Shown here: piece by piece, positions 39,094 to 49,937 of the stretch | Numbering within the stretch: the first letter of the stretch is position 1 | Layout: every line of letters starts with the position of its first letter | Origin: a bacterium | GTDB taxonomy: Bacteria > SM23-31 | DNA length: 64,000 nt | Direction: 5' to 3' | NCBI GenBank assembly: GCA_965249485.1 | Contig: OZ252239.1 | Coordinates: 3,552,001 to 3,616,000 of the forward strand | Notes under the pieces: generated by a model | The model's database searches: none | What the model was told of the DNA's origin: nothing | The model's input: only the letters and a program-made list of their open reading frames with translations | Translations under genes and position numbers: made by a program

Positions 39094-40176
39094 GTGACAG
39101 AATCACTTAAACAGACAGCACTAAATGACGCTCATACTGGATTAGGTGCAAAGATGGTGGAATTTGCCGGATTCTCTATGCCAATTGTTTACTCAAGTAT
39201 CATCGAAGAACATAAGGCTGTCCGGAATTCTGTAGGACTTTTTGATGTATCACACATGGGCGAATTCAGATTTCGGGGAGATCGCGCTCTAGATTTACTC
39301 CAGAATGTTACCATCAACGATGTTTCCGCACTCGAATTGGGGCAGGCGCAGTATTCCGCAATGTGTTATCCCGATGGCGGAATCATTGACGATATTCTTG
39401 TCTATAAATTCGATGACCACTTTATGATGGTCGTCAATGCTGCAAATGCACAGAAAGATTTTGCCTGGATAACGGACCACATGATTGATGATGTCGACTT
39501 TACGAACATGAGTGACGACATTACACTCGTTGCCGTCCAGGGACCTGAATCCCGTAACCTGCTTCAGACACTCACACCTGTGGATCTTTCGACAATTAAA
39601 TACTACCGGGCTGTTCATGGATCTGTTGCTGATAGAAAGATGATAATTTCCCGGACAGGGTATACGGGCGAACTTGGATTCGAACTTTATATGGATACCG
39701 GTTCATCACTCCATGTGTGGAATACGATAATGGATACTGGGCAGAACTATGACATTCAACCTGCTGGGCTTGGGGCTCGCGACACACTCAGGCTTGAAAA
39801 AATGATGTGCCTCTATGGCAACGATATTACAAAAGATACCAATCCAATCGAGGCTGGTCTCGGATGGATAACGAAACTTGACAAAGGTGATTTTATCGGA
39901 CGTGATGTGCTTGCTTCGGTTAAAGAACAAGGCCCGAAGCGGAGGCTGCGAGGTTTTGAATTGTCCGGTAAAGGTATACCGCGTCATGGTTACACCATTG
40001 TGAAAAACGGAAATGAGATCGGTGAAGTGACAAGTGGTTCATTTTCTCCTTTGCTTTCCAAAGGGATTGGCATAGGTTATGTGCAGAAAGAGTTCACCGA
40101 TATCGGGGCTGAAATTGAGATATCAATCCGGGGAAAAAGTATCCCTGCGACTATTATCAAGCCACCATTTGTTTAA
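39094..40176 (+). CDS. gcvT: Glycine cleavage system aminomethyltransferase T
   Basis: GLFDVSHMG, SRTGYTGELGFE, GLGARDTLRLE, GEVTSG. Confidence 0.97.
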   Translation: MTESLKQTALNDAHTGLGAKMVEFAGFSMPIVYSSIIEEHKAVRNSVGLFDVSHMGEFRFRGDRALDLLQNVTINDVSALELGQAQYSAMCYPDGGIIDDILVYKFDDHFMMVVNAANAQKDFAWITDHMIDDVDFTNMSDDITLVAVQGPESRNLLQTLTPVDLSTIKYYRAVHGSVADRKMIISRTGYTGELGFELYMDTGSSLHVWNTIMDTGQNYDIQPAGLGARDTLRLEKMMCLYGNDITKDTNPIEAGLGWITKLDKGDFIGRDVLASVKEQGPKRRLRGFELSGKGIPRHGYTIVKNGNEIGEVTSGSFSPLLSKGIGIGYVQKEFTDIGAEIEISIRGKSIPATIIKPPFV

Positions 40177-40194
40177 TATGTGTACGTATTTTGC

Positions 40195-40948
40195 ATGAAA
40201 ATACATGTTTTCATAACACCTGCAGAGATTGACGATAACTATGCGGCACGGCGCCGCTCAACACCATCAGAAAATGATCCGGTGATTGTTATCGATGTTC
40301 TCAGGTCGAGCAGTACCATTTTGAGCGCACTGGCAAACGGGTGCCGGGAGATAATTCCTGTTGAATCTGTCGAACGGGCGCTTTCACTCCACACAGCTCT
40401 TTTTGACACAGGCCTGATGTTGTGCGGAGAACGTGACGGCATGAGAATCAACGGTTTTGACCTCGGAAACTCTCCTGCTGGAATACACCCGTGACAATGT
40501 CGGGGATAAGTCTTTGATTTTTGCCAGCACAAATGGGAGTGTCGCACTTGTTAAACTGCAAAAATGTAAAACCGTATATATTTGCGGATTTCAAAATATG
40601 GAAACTGTAGTGGAGTCAGTTGCCGGATCATCTGAATTCGAGACACTTGACATTATATGTTCCGGTCATAAAAACCAGTTTGCTCTTGAAGATATTGTCT
40701 GTGCCGGAAAACTGATTGAACGGATACATGCGCGATACTCGGGCAACATCGCATTGTCAGACTCGGCACGTTCCGCACATCAGTTGTATATACATAATTC
40801 CGAATCCCTGAAGGATATGATTCGAGAAGTAGATCATGGGCGAGAATTAATTGATATTGGTATGGAACACGATCTCGATATATGCATAGAATTAGATACT
40901 ATACCACTACTTCCAGTTTATGCAGATGGGAAAATTGGATCGATTTAA
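40195..40948 (+). CDS. comB: 2-phosphosulfolactate phosphatase family, frameshifted near 40477
   Basis: VIDVLRSSST, CGERDG..I.GFDLGNSP, then shifted frame LEY...STNGS...EDIVCAG. Confidence 0.88.
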
Positions 40949-41077
40949 GCTTGAATTAGTGTATTTGTTAGTTATCCGTGGTAAAATCTGCCGCACATAA
41001 TTCGATCAAAGCTTTTGCCGTTTTCGAGTACAATTTATTGTGTGTACGCTGTTAGCAGCGGCAGTTTGAGGGGTCTC

Positions 41078-43414
41078 ATGAAACGACAACAATCCAGACG
41101 AAAACGAATAATAACCGGCATAGTTTTAATCACGATTTCGCTTCTCTTGAGTTTGAGTATCCTTTCCTATTCAATTACCGATTTCGAACCATCCCTCCAC
41201 GACATTCAGGCAATTGATAATCTGATGGGTATAGGCGGTGCCATCGCATCGTATTACTTGATAAAATTCACCTTCGGTTATGCTGTATTAATACCCTGCA
41301 TAATCCTTTTGTTATGGGGTTGGCGGACGATCCGCCAGAAACCGTTTCCGTGGCTCAAGCGCCTCTCATTTTATTCCATTGCAACCATGACGCTCATTTC
41401 ACTCGGATTAGCGCTGATAAGCGAATTTTCGGTTGGAGGAAGTCCTGTAAGTTATGAATATTCTGGGCTTGTCGGAGGATATTTTGCAGCCCACCTTAAT
41501 ATATATCTCGGTAAAACCGGCACCATAATTGTCTTTTGTGCACTTGTTTTCATCGTATTTGTACTCTGGTCTCATTTTCCTGTGTGGACTGCGCTCACAA
41601 ATATCGAGAAACTTTTGAAACGAATCTGGAACTGGAGGAAACTTCCATTTATTGCTGTAAAAAAAGCTGCTGCGCTCTTCGAATCAAATAAACTCAAGAG
41701 AAAAACAGAGTTTACACGGAAATTAAAAGAATCGAAGTCGATTGAGACTGATATTCCGTTCATACCGAAACAGGAACAGCCGGTAAAGGAAAGGCTTGAA
41801 AAACAGGACGTGTTCCGTAATGTTGAGGAAACTCCAGAACATTCAGGAAGCGATTCAATTCCTTTTGCGATTTCATCACGAAAGGATTCCCAGTCTACCC
41901 TTTCAGGTGGTAACGATGAGGAAGAATTCAGGGCCTCGGGACCTTACTCCTTTCCCGGGCTTAATTTGCTTGCTGAACCTCCCGCACAGGTAACAAAAGA
42001 CTCAAAAGAAGACATTATCCGGCAAGCAGAGTTATTAGAAAGTACCTTACTCGATTTTGGAGTACTCGTAAAAGTCACCGAAGTCCATCCGGGACCAGTT
42101 ATAACATTATATGAGTTGAGACCAGAAGTCGGCGTCAAGATAAATAAGATTCTTGCTCTTGAAAACGATATTGCTCTTTCTTTAAAAGCGGGGGGAATCC
42201 GAATGATCGCTCCAATTCCCGGCAAAGATACGGTCGGGATAGAGATACCGAATCAACATCAGGAAATTGTCTTATTGAAGAGTCTTGTATCCGATAAGGG
42301 ATTTCAGACAAGTCCTTCAAAGTTGACTGTCGCGTTAGGCAGGACTGTTTCCGGAGAAGCCTACTTTGCAGATTTAGCTAAAATGCCGCATCTTCTCATA
42401 GCAGGATCAACCGGCTCCGGAAAAAGTGTCGGAATTAGCTCTATTATAACAAGTATTCTCTATAAATCGGGACCGACAGATGTACAGTTTATCATGATCG
42501 ATCCGAAAATGCTCGAGCTTACGATATTTAAGAAACTTGACAAGCACCACCTGTTAACTGCCGATTTTATCGATGAAAAAGTTATTACCAAGACGCATAA
42601 TGCAGTGGCAATTTTAAAAAGTTGCGTCAATGAAATGGAAAAAAGGTATGAGATCTTGGCAAAAGTTGGTGTCCGAAATATTGAAGGATATAATGAGAAG
42701 AATAATAAACCGGTTGATCCCAACACAGAAGAACATCTACCAGATAAACTTGAATATATTGTCATTATAATCGATGAACTTGCCGATCTTATGATGACCG
42801 CTTCAAAGGAAATAGAAGAGCCGATTACGCGCCTTGCACAAATGGCGCGTGCAGTTGGGATTCATCTGGTGTTAGCAACGCAGCGCCCATCTGTCGATGT
42901 TATTACCGGCGTTATAAAAGCAAATTTTCCAGCACGAATAGCGTTCCAGGTAGCAACTAAAATCGATTCGAGAACAATTCTCGATATGAACGGTGCCGAA
43001 GAATTGCTCGGGAGCGGAGATATGCTGTTTTTGCCACCTGGGGCGGCAAAACCGATAAGGATGCAAAATGCATTTGTCTCCCAAAAAGAAATTGAAGCAA
43101 TTGTGGATGCAATAGCAGATAAATCGAAATTCAAAAAAACAACCAAGCTTTCACAGGAATCGGTACGGGATACTCGGAGAGACGGTAGTTCTTCATCAGG
43201 AGACCGTGACTCACTATTTACAGAGGCCGCCCGTCTGGTTGTCATGCATCAACAGGGTTCCATTTCGCTCCTACAACGGCGGCTCAAAATTGGTTATGCC
43301 CGGGCAGCACGGCTCATTGATGAACTCGAGGATGCAGGTGTCGTAGGTGCATATGACGGGAGCAAAGCTCGGCAAGTTCTATTAGACGAGAATGAAATTG
43401 ATCAATTTCTGTGA
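41078..43414 (+). CDS. ftsK: DNA translocase FtsK
   Basis: Four-TM N-terminus, MPHLLIAGSTGSGKS, IIDELADLMM, ATQRPSVDVITG, gamma domain LQRRLKIGYARAARLID. Confidence 0.97.
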   Translation: MKRQQSRRKRIITGIVLITISLLLSLSILSYSITDFEPSLHDIQAIDNLMGIGGAIASYYLIKFTFGYAVLIPCIILLLWGWRTIRQKPFPWLKRLSFYSIATMTLISLGLALISEFSVGGSPVSYEYSGLVGGYFAAHLNIYLGKTGTIIVFCALVFIVFVLWSHFPVWTALTNIEKLLKRIWNWRKLPFIAVKKAAALFESNKLKRKTEFTRKLKESKSIETDIPFIPKQEQPVKERLEKQDVFRNVEETPEHSGSDSIPFAISSRKDSQSTLSGGNDEEEFRASGPYSFPGLNLLAEPPAQVTKDSKEDIIRQAELLESTLLDFGVLVKVTEVHPGPVITLYELRPEVGVKINKILALENDIALSLKAGGIRMIAPIPGKDTVGIEIPNQHQEIVLLKSLVSDKGFQTSPSKLTVALGRTVSGEAYFADLAKMPHLLIAGSTGSGKSVGISSIITSILYKSGPTDVQFIMIDPKMLELTIFKKLDKHHLLTADFIDEKVITKTHNAVAILKSCVNEMEKRYEILAKVGVRNIEGYNEKNNKPVDPNTEEHLPDKLEYIVIIIDELADLMMTASKEIEEPITRLAQMARAVGIHLVLATQRPSVDVITGVIKANFPARIAFQVATKIDSRTILDMNGAEELLGSGDMLFLPPGAAKPIRMQNAFVSQKEIEAIVDAIADKSKFKKTTKLSQESVRDTRRDGSSSSGDRDSLFTEAARLVVMHQQGSISLLQRRLKIGYARAARLIDELEDAGVVGAYDGSKARQVLLDENEIDQFL

Positions 43415-43464
43415 AATGAATAAATTGTATTGATAACCGTATAGTAAGTAGACAGGAGCAGCTA

Positions 43465-43861
43465 ATGAGGGGATTAAAAGTAGTGCTCTGGACCGGTGCC
43501 GGATTTTTTCTGCTCCATTTTCTTGCTGTTGTTGTGCCGTGGCGTTCAATAAGCTGGTTCTTTGCATTATATAATACAGATAAGTTCCGGATATCCGGAA
43601 CTTATAAAATATGGGTGCCGAATAATATTTGCCATGTTTGGGTGCATCGGGTTATTTTTTGTAATGGTAGCACGTGATCCATTGAAATATTTATCTTTTG
43701 TATCACTTGCGGGATTCGGCTCATTGTTGTGCGGGCTTTTCTGTCTGGTTTGGGATTTTTATTACAGATTTACTTGGTGGTACTGGCTGATGGATGTTAC
43801 TCTGTTTACAACATATGGACTGCTTCTATTTTATTTTAAATCAAAAGTGTTGAAAACTTGA
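43465..43861 (+). CDS. Hypothetical membrane protein, frameshifted near 43570-43590
   Basis: Hydrophobic N-terminal part in ORF 43465 and hydrophobic C-terminal part (ARDPLKY) in overlapping ORF 43562. Confidence 0.55.
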
Positions 43862-44541
43862 TGATAAACAAAAGACTAATTTCTATTTTTGTAATGAGTG
43901 CACTTGTAATTTCAATGTACGTATATGCAACTCCTGTACATGCACAGAGGAGCGCTCAAAACGCAATAAAAATTCTCCAAAAAAAGTATGATGAGCTCAA
44001 TGATTTTTCTGCTGATTTGCTTCATGTCCGGGAATTTTTATTTTCCAGTGAAAAAGACACCTCCAGTCAGAAAATATCACTCCTGAAAGAAAACTATTTT
44101 AAAATAGAAACATCTGATATGATTTTTGTGACAGACGGAATCACCGTGAAAGATTACAGTCTCTATGAACAACGAATGACAATCGACATCGTTGACAATA
44201 GATCGTCCGATTCTTTTCTACCCAAGGATTTTCTTTTTGAGTTTCCGGAGCGGTATAACCCAGTCGATTACCGAGAATCGTCGTATCAGGGTAAACCGAT
44301 ATATATACTTGCATTGGAACCAAAAAATCCTGATGAAGAACTGATGCAGTACCTTGAAGTGCAGATTGATCCGGCCGATTCGCTTGTCAAATATGTGAAG
44401 TATACCGATTTTAATGAAAACGAAAATATATATATTCTGGATAATTACCATGTTGACACTGGTTTAGCCCCTGAGCAATTTGATATACACCTACCGGATG
44501 ATACCGACATCAGAGTAATTGATCTACGATCAAAAAAATAA
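43858..44541 (+). CDS. lolA: Outer-membrane lipoprotein carrier LolA family
   Basis: Signal peptide, FVTDG.TV, LEPK; ftsK-lolA synteny. Confidence 0.75.
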   Translation: MMINKRLISIFVMSALVISMYVYATPVHAQRSAQNAIKILQKKYDELNDFSADLLHVREFLFSSEKDTSSQKISLLKENYFKIETSDMIFVTDGITVKDYSLYEQRMTIDIVDNRSSDSFLPKDFLFEFPERYNPVDYRESSYQGKPIYILALEPKNPDEELMQYLEVQIDPADSLVKYVKYTDFNENENIYILDNYHVDTGLAPEQFDIHLPDDTDIRVIDLRSKK

Positions 44542-44596
44542 AGGATTCAATGTAAAAAGTTTCGGCATCCCGGCCGAATCATATTGAAAATATTTT

Positions 44597-45637
44597 ATGA
44601 AAACAAAACTTGCTGTTGGAATTGCTATCAGTGTGGCGTTTCTCGTCTGGGCGTTTTGGGATGTCGACTTTGAAGGATTTCGGTCCGCACTTGCTTCGGC
44701 CCGCTATTCTTATTTTGTAGTTGCGCTTTTCTTTTCAATGGCCCAATACCTTATCAGAGCTTACCGGTGGAAATATCTTCTATTTCTCCAGAAAGATATT
44801 CCATACTATTCTGTATTGTCAGCACTCTTTATCGGGTTTTTCGCAAATAGTGTCTTACCTTTTCGTGCAGGGGAATTCCTCAGGGCATATGTTATCGGGA
44901 GAAATGAAAATATTTCAAAGAGTTCAGTGTTGGCAACTGTCCTCGTTGAGCGTATTATTGATGTGCTCTCGTTACTATTCATAGCAGTCGTTGCACTTCT
45001 GTTTTTCCCTATTCCTGAAGGTCCCCATTTTGATATGATAAAATATTTCGGTGTCATTCTTTTTACTGTTGAAATTGGTGTCATTGCTTTTTGCTTTATG
45101 CTTCTCATCAAGAGGGATTTGACTCTTCAATACGTTGAAAAAGTATTAGCATTATTTGCCGGATCACTGCACGAAAAAGGAATAAAGATTGTCCAGTCTT
45201 TCCTGGACGGCTTGGAAATTCTCCGTTCAACCCGCAATTTTATCAAAATAATTGTTCCAACAATCGGAGTCTGGATAATTGCTATAATGCAGTTTTATAC
45301 AGTTCTCAAAGCATTCGATCTTCAATACGGAATTTCAATGTTGTTTATCATTGCTATCGTTGATTCTGTGCTAGTAAGCTTTGCTCTCACAATTCCATCC
45401 GCACCCGGCTTTGTGGGTACTTTTCATGCCGCCGCCAAGGAAGGATTGGTTATATTTTCAATAGGTCCTGCAATTGCATCAGGATTTGCGGTATTGATTC
45501 ACGCAGTCTCATTTTTGCCGCCAATTATTATAGGATTTTATTTTTTCCTCAGGGAAAACATTAAACTCTCTACAGCTAAAAGCGAATTTAATCATGAAGA
45601 ATCCGACAACGGAACACAATCAGTAAAGTCAGAATAA
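44597..45637 (+). CDS. Lysylphosphatidylglycerol synthase TM / flippase-like domain protein
   Basis: RAYRW, NSVLPFRAGEFLRA, ERIID, PSAPGFVG. Confidence 0.9.
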   Translation: MKTKLAVGIAISVAFLVWAFWDVDFEGFRSALASARYSYFVVALFFSMAQYLIRAYRWKYLLFLQKDIPYYSVLSALFIGFFANSVLPFRAGEFLRAYVIGRNENISKSSVLATVLVERIIDVLSLLFIAVVALLFFPIPEGPHFDMIKYFGVILFTVEIGVIAFCFMLLIKRDLTLQYVEKVLALFAGSLHEKGIKIVQSFLDGLEILRSTRNFIKIIVPTIGVWIIAIMQFYTVLKAFDLQYGISMLFIIAIVDSVLVSFALTIPSAPGFVGTFHAAAKEGLVIFSIGPAIASGFAVLIHAVSFLPPIIIGFYFFLRENIKLSTAKSEFNHEESDNGTQSVKSE

Positions 45638-45673
45638 ATCTATTCAAATTATCCGGCAAAAGACTATATTACT

Positions 45674-46066
45674 ATGAGTGAGGCACAACCGCGCATTAAA
45701 AAACTTTGGAAGGCATTTGCTCTTTTACTGGGATGTTTTGGCATTATGCTAATTTCGGATAGTATAGGCCTCTATTTATCCGGCGATTATTCAACTTTAG
45801 TGTGGTTAAAACTTCTCATTGGTATTTTCTTATTTGGGTATGCAGTATGCGTTTGGATAATGAACAAAAAATCATGGATAATGAGTGTCTATGTATTGTC
45901 TGGAGCAGTTATTTTTCAGGGTGTGATTATCGGATTTTATGACCGTTCAATTTTTGAAATAACACTCTTTTTTATTCTAATAGGTTACCTTTTCAACCTA
46001 CAGAATCCCCATTCAAAGAAACTATTTCTTCATGAAACCAATGCACCTGAAAATCTTGACAATTAG
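45674..46066 (+). CDS. Hypothetical four-TM membrane protein
   Basis: Four hydrophobic segments; within the operon. Confidence 0.6.
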   Translation: MSEAQPRIKKLWKAFALLLGCFGIMLISDSIGLYLSGDYSTLVWLKLLIGIFLFGYAVCVWIMNKKSWIMSVYVLSGAVIFQGVIIGFYDRSIFEITLFFILIGYLFNLQNPHSKKLFLHETNAPENLDN

Positions 46067-46901
46067 TGCACCGGCAAAAATAAACTTTGGCTTAAGTATT
46101 GGCCGGAAACGTAAAGACGGCTATCATCCGATTTCAACTCTATTTATTCCGATTACTCTTTATGACACTATTGAACTTACGGTAACCAGTGAACCTGGCA
46201 TCACCTTGAACTGTTCCCACCCTGATGTACCCAACAACTCGTCGAATCTGTGCTGGAAAGCGGCAAAATTACTCCTTGATCAATCTGAACAATCAAGCGG
46301 TATACATATTAATCTTGAAAAAAATATTCCTGTCGGAGCAGGACTAGGCGGCGGCAGTTCCGATGCAGCAGCAGTCATCAAAGGATTATCACAATTAATA
46401 CCGGGACAATTTACCCAGCATCAACTTACTGAACTTGCGGTAAAACTCGGAGCAGACATACCGTTCTTTCTCAAAAATACTCCGTGTTCGGCAACTGGTA
46501 TAGGTGAAAAACTTGCACCGGTGATGTTTCCGTGGAAATGTAAAATACTACTAGTGATGCCCCCATTTCCAATTTCTACTGTGGATGCGTATAATGCGTT
46601 AGACAGTGGTCGCACTGATCAATCGTCTCTAATTGATTATGCACAGAAATTACGCTCTCTACAAAACCTCAACGATGCTCAGAACACGTTTTGCAATGAT
46701 TTTGAGACCATACTTTGCACTCACTACCCAGAACTCAGTATTATAAAAAATTCTCTGATGGAATTAGACGCTAATTATGCAGCTCTGACCGGGAGCGGAT
46801 CGGTCATCTATGGCATGTTTACAAATGCTCATGCTGCACAGGAAGCTGCAAAAAAACTCAGCACATCATACAGCACAGAATTAGTCTCACCTCTCGTATA
46901 A
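46032..46901 (+). CDS. ispE: 4-diphosphocytidyl-2-C-methyl-D-erythritol kinase
   Basis: APAKINFGL, KNIPVGAGLGGGSSDAAA, LGADIPFF, NDFE, LTGSGS. Confidence 0.97.
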   Translation: MKPMHLKILTISAPAKINFGLSIGRKRKDGYHPISTLFIPITLYDTIELTVTSEPGITLNCSHPDVPNNSSNLCWKAAKLLLDQSEQSSGIHINLEKNIPVGAGLGGGSSDAAAVIKGLSQLIPGQFTQHQLTELAVKLGADIPFFLKNTPCSATGIGEKLAPVMFPWKCKILLVMPPFPISTVDAYNALDSGRTDQSSLIDYAQKLRSLQNLNDAQNTFCNDFETILCTHYPELSIIKNSLMELDANYAALTGSGSVIYGMFTNAHAAQEAAKKLSTSYSTELVSPLV

Positions 46902-46965
46902 TTTATACAGGAAGGAGAAGTTATTTGCTTATTGTTTTGAATCAAGATTTAAGGCAGGCAATTGC

Positions 46966-47673
46966 TTAGTAGAATGGTCCAAATATTTTCTTGAAATAGG
47001 AGAAATTCGTGACGGCGATAGTGCGAATATCGGGTTTTTGAATGAATCCCTCCTGTTCCAACTCTCCCAGTGTTCTGTTCAGTGTTTCCCGCGTCAGACC
47101 AACATAATTAGCCATTTCCTGTTGTTTGGGGATTGTCGATATTTCCACTGTATCAAGCATCTTAGTGCCTTGATCCAGTGCCCACCGAAGCAATGCAGAT
47201 GCAACTCTGCTGCGTGCATTCAGGATTGAGAGTCCTTTGATTTGTGAATCGGAATTTCGAATCCGGTGTGCAAGCTCGTTTAAAAACTCGATGGCAATTT
47301 TCGGATTGCCTTCAAGAAGATTATAAAAATGTTTTTCATGCAATACATGCAATATAAGAATCATTGATTTTTCTTCAGCGGATGCCTCAGCTGACCGGGG
47401 CAGTCCATCAAGAAGCGCCATTTCACCAAAGAAATTCCACGGAGACAATAACGCAATCAGTACTTCCTTACCGTCACGGCTAACCCGGGATATTTTAACA
47501 CAACCTTCAACAATTAAATAGAAATGGTGTGACTCTTCCCCTTCAAGAAAAATCACATCACTTTTATTATATGTTCGTTTTTCACCAACCCGATGAATAA
47601 AATCCTGAGTCTCATCATCAAGGTTATGATATAGGGATCCGTGTGATGATTTTTTAACCATAGAATGATACAC
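46966..47673 (-). CDS. Crp/Fnr family transcriptional regulator
   Basis: FFGEMALLDGLPRSA cNMP pocket; HTH QQEMANYVGLTRETLNRTL. Confidence 0.95.
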   Translation of the reverse strand: MYHSMVKKSSHGSLYHNLDDETQDFIHRVGEKRTYNKSDVIFLEGEESHHFYLIVEGCVKISRVSRDGKEVLIALLSPWNFFGEMALLDGLPRSAEASAEEKSMILILHVLHEKHFYNLLEGNPKIAIEFLNELAHRIRNSDSQIKGLSILNARSRVASALLRWALDQGTKMLDTVEISTIPKQQEMANYVGLTRETLNRTLGELEQEGFIQKPDIRTIAVTNFSYFKKIFGPFY

Positions 47674-47793
47674 ATTTATTACGTTTCAATTCTAATGTAG
47701 AAAACATTCATAAACTGCACAAGATATTAATTTAGTAACTTTAAGTTATCGGATTATTACCAGTATTTTGAATTCTTTATTCAAACTCATCAT

Positions 47794-48741
47794 TTAAAAA
47801 GGAAGGTTATTAAGATCGACATTCCCGCCCGATATTATTACTGCAACCCGTTTGCCTGCAACAGGAATTGTTCCGTTCAATAACGGAGCAATAGCCACGG
47901 CAGATGATGGTTCAATAATTATTTTCATTCGTTCCCACACTGTCCGCATTGTCTCGATTATTTCTTTTTCAGTCACCAAAACTATTTCTTCAACATAATC
48001 TTGTATAATCGAAAATGTTTTGTCACTGAGCATAGCACGCAATCCATCGGCAATAGTTTCGGAGTGATCAAGAAGAATGATTTTTCCCTCTTGAAGAGAC
48101 CGATAAGCGTCATCAGCCATTTTGGGTTCACAGCCGATTACCTTTGTTGCTGGACTGAGGTATCGTGTACTTAACGCGTTGCCTGATATAAGACCACCGC
48201 CGCTTACCGGTACAAACAGGTAGTCGATGTCAGAAAGGTCTTCAAATATTTCCTTTGCAATTGTCCCCTGCCCGGCTATTATCCGGTAATCATCATAAGG
48301 GTGAATAAGATAAGAGTCGGTTTCTGCGAGCAGTTTATCTCCCGTTTCTTCTCGAGATGTGTGGGTGGGTTCGCTTAATGTTATGATCCCTCCATACTCC
48401 TCCACCGCAGCTATTTTTACATTCGACGAATTAGACGGCATGATAATATAGGCAGGAATGCCTCTCTTTCGTGCCGCAATTGAAACCGCCTGTGCATGAT
48501 TCCCTGAAGAGTGGGTTAAGATTCCGTTTTTTGCTTCCTCATCGTTAAGGGAAAATATTGCATTACCGGCACCCCGTAATTTAAATGATCCCCCTTTTTG
48601 AAAATTTTCGCACTTAAAATAGATCTCCGCACCACTCACTGTATTTAAAGTTGTATTGGTCAATATCGGTGTGCGGTGTATGTGCTGTTTAATCCGTTCA
48701 TATGCCTGCCGAATTGTTTCAAGGTCAGGAGTTGAGTACAT
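47794..48741 (-). CDS. Serine racemase/threonine dehydratase family PLP enzyme
   Basis: KCENFQKGGSFKLRGA, SSGNHAQA, SGGGLISG, EPSSAV, SGGNVD. Confidence 0.93.
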   Translation of the reverse strand: MYSTPDLETIRQAYERIKQHIHRTPILTNTTLNTVSGAEIYFKCENFQKGGSFKLRGAGNAIFSLNDEEAKNGILTHSSGNHAQAVSIAARKRGIPAYIIMPSNSSNVKIAAVEEYGGIITLSEPTHTSREETGDKLLAETDSYLIHPYDDYRIIAGQGTIAKEIFEDLSDIDYLFVPVSGGGLISGNALSTRYLSPATKVIGCEPKMADDAYRSLQEGKIILLDHSETIADGLRAMLSDKTFSIIQDYVEEIVLVTEKEIIETMRTVWERMKIIIEPSSAVAIAPLLNGTIPVAGKRVAVIISGGNVDLNNLPF

Positions 48742-48925
48742 GTTAATTTTCTCTTATTTGTTACAATAGTTATTTAATCTATATTGATCATCTTTTCATC
48801 TCAGAGATTTCCGCATCCATCAAATTCTCCTAAGGATATGGCAATGACAGAAAGTATGTGGCAGTGTGCTGAAAATGAAACCTCGCAGATGGCGAGGAGT
48901 TCTTCTCAGAACTTATACAATAATA

Positions 48926-49912
48926 TTACACCTCAATCACTTTCCCGAGATTCATTGAGCGAGCTTTATCTTGTGCCCAAACAGAAATGGCAATATCCTG
49001 TACGGCCATTCCTGTAAGATCGCAAATGGTAATTTCCTCATCCGTTTCTCTACCGGGAAACTTTCCGAGCACAAGCTCTCCAAGTTCGGCATTCACATCA
49101 TTTCCGCTGACAACTCCTCCTTCGATCGCATGATGAAGTTCCCCTAGCATTTCCGATTGCACTAACCTGTCAACAAAGATTTTATCTGTCCTACTAAAAA
49201 CGCCCGCATCGAGTTCCTGTTTTTTGGGATCGTCCGATCCCATTGCAGTAATATGCAGACCAGGATGGAGGTCATCTTTGAAAATTATGGGTTCCTTTGC
49301 AGGAGTTGCTGTCACAACAATATCTGATTCGGCTGTAACTGCCGCTGCTGACGATAAAGCTTTGACATCAACATCCGGAAATTCATGCCGCAGTTCTTTT
49401 GTAGAATGCTCCAAAAAACTGGAATTTACATCCCATATCCTCAATTTTGAAAACGGCTTTACTTCCATGAGAAACCTCATCTGCATCTTGCCTTGTGTAC
49501 CGGCACCAATTACTCCTGCTGTGGTAATAGTCTTTTGTGCACAATGTTTCGCCGTAATTGCTCCTGCAGCAGCAGTCCGGACAGTTGTGAGAAGTCCCTG
49601 ATCAAAAAATTGACTTACGAGCCTGCCTGTCTCAGCGTCATAAAGAAGCATTATCCCAAAAAGTGACGGCAATCCCCTTGCCGCATTATTGTAGAAACCG
49701 CCGGCAATTTTCACACAGTAATTTTTGTAGCCGTGAATATGTCCGGCCTTAATATGCACCTCACCGTAGTCTTCAACACTGAGATTAGCTATCGGCGCAA
49801 GTGTAACGTTTCCAGAACTGTAGTCTGCAAATGCCTTTTCGATAACAGTAATGATTTCCGGAATATCGATAAGCTGCTCGACATCGGATTTCGATAACGT
49901 ATAAAGCTGCAT
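48926..49912 (-). CDS. Ornithine cyclodeaminase/mu-crystallin family (EutC-like)
   Basis: VKIAGGFYNN, LTTVRTAAAG, GAGTQG, MGSD..KQEL, DLTGMAVQD. Confidence 0.9.
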   Translation of the reverse strand: MQLYTLSKSDVEQLIDIPEIITVIEKAFADYSSGNVTLAPIANLSVEDYGEVHIKAGHIHGYKNYCVKIAGGFYNNAARGLPSLFGIMLLYDAETGRLVSQFFDQGLLTTVRTAAAGAITAKHCAQKTITTAGVIGAGTQGKMQMRFLMEVKPFSKLRIWDVNSSFLEHSTKELRHEFPDVDVKALSSAAAVTAESDIVVTATPAKEPIIFKDDLHPGLHITAMGSDDPKKQELDAGVFSRTDKIFVDRLVQSEMLGELHHAIEGGVVSGNDVNAELGELVLGKFPGRETDEEITICDLTGMAVQDIAISVWAQDKARSMNLGKVIEV

Positions 49913-49937
49913 GATAATTTCTCCATTCCCACTATTT

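Noticed and set aside
20068..43590. Programmed frameshifting in the FMN reductase, comB and the 43465 membrane gene
   Set aside because: Single-base indels in unrelated housekeeping-type genes with no shared slippery motif; most consistent with consensus error.
46902..46965. tRNA-Gln often found after ispE
   Set aside because: The gap is only about 64 bp with no cloverleaf or T-loop motif.
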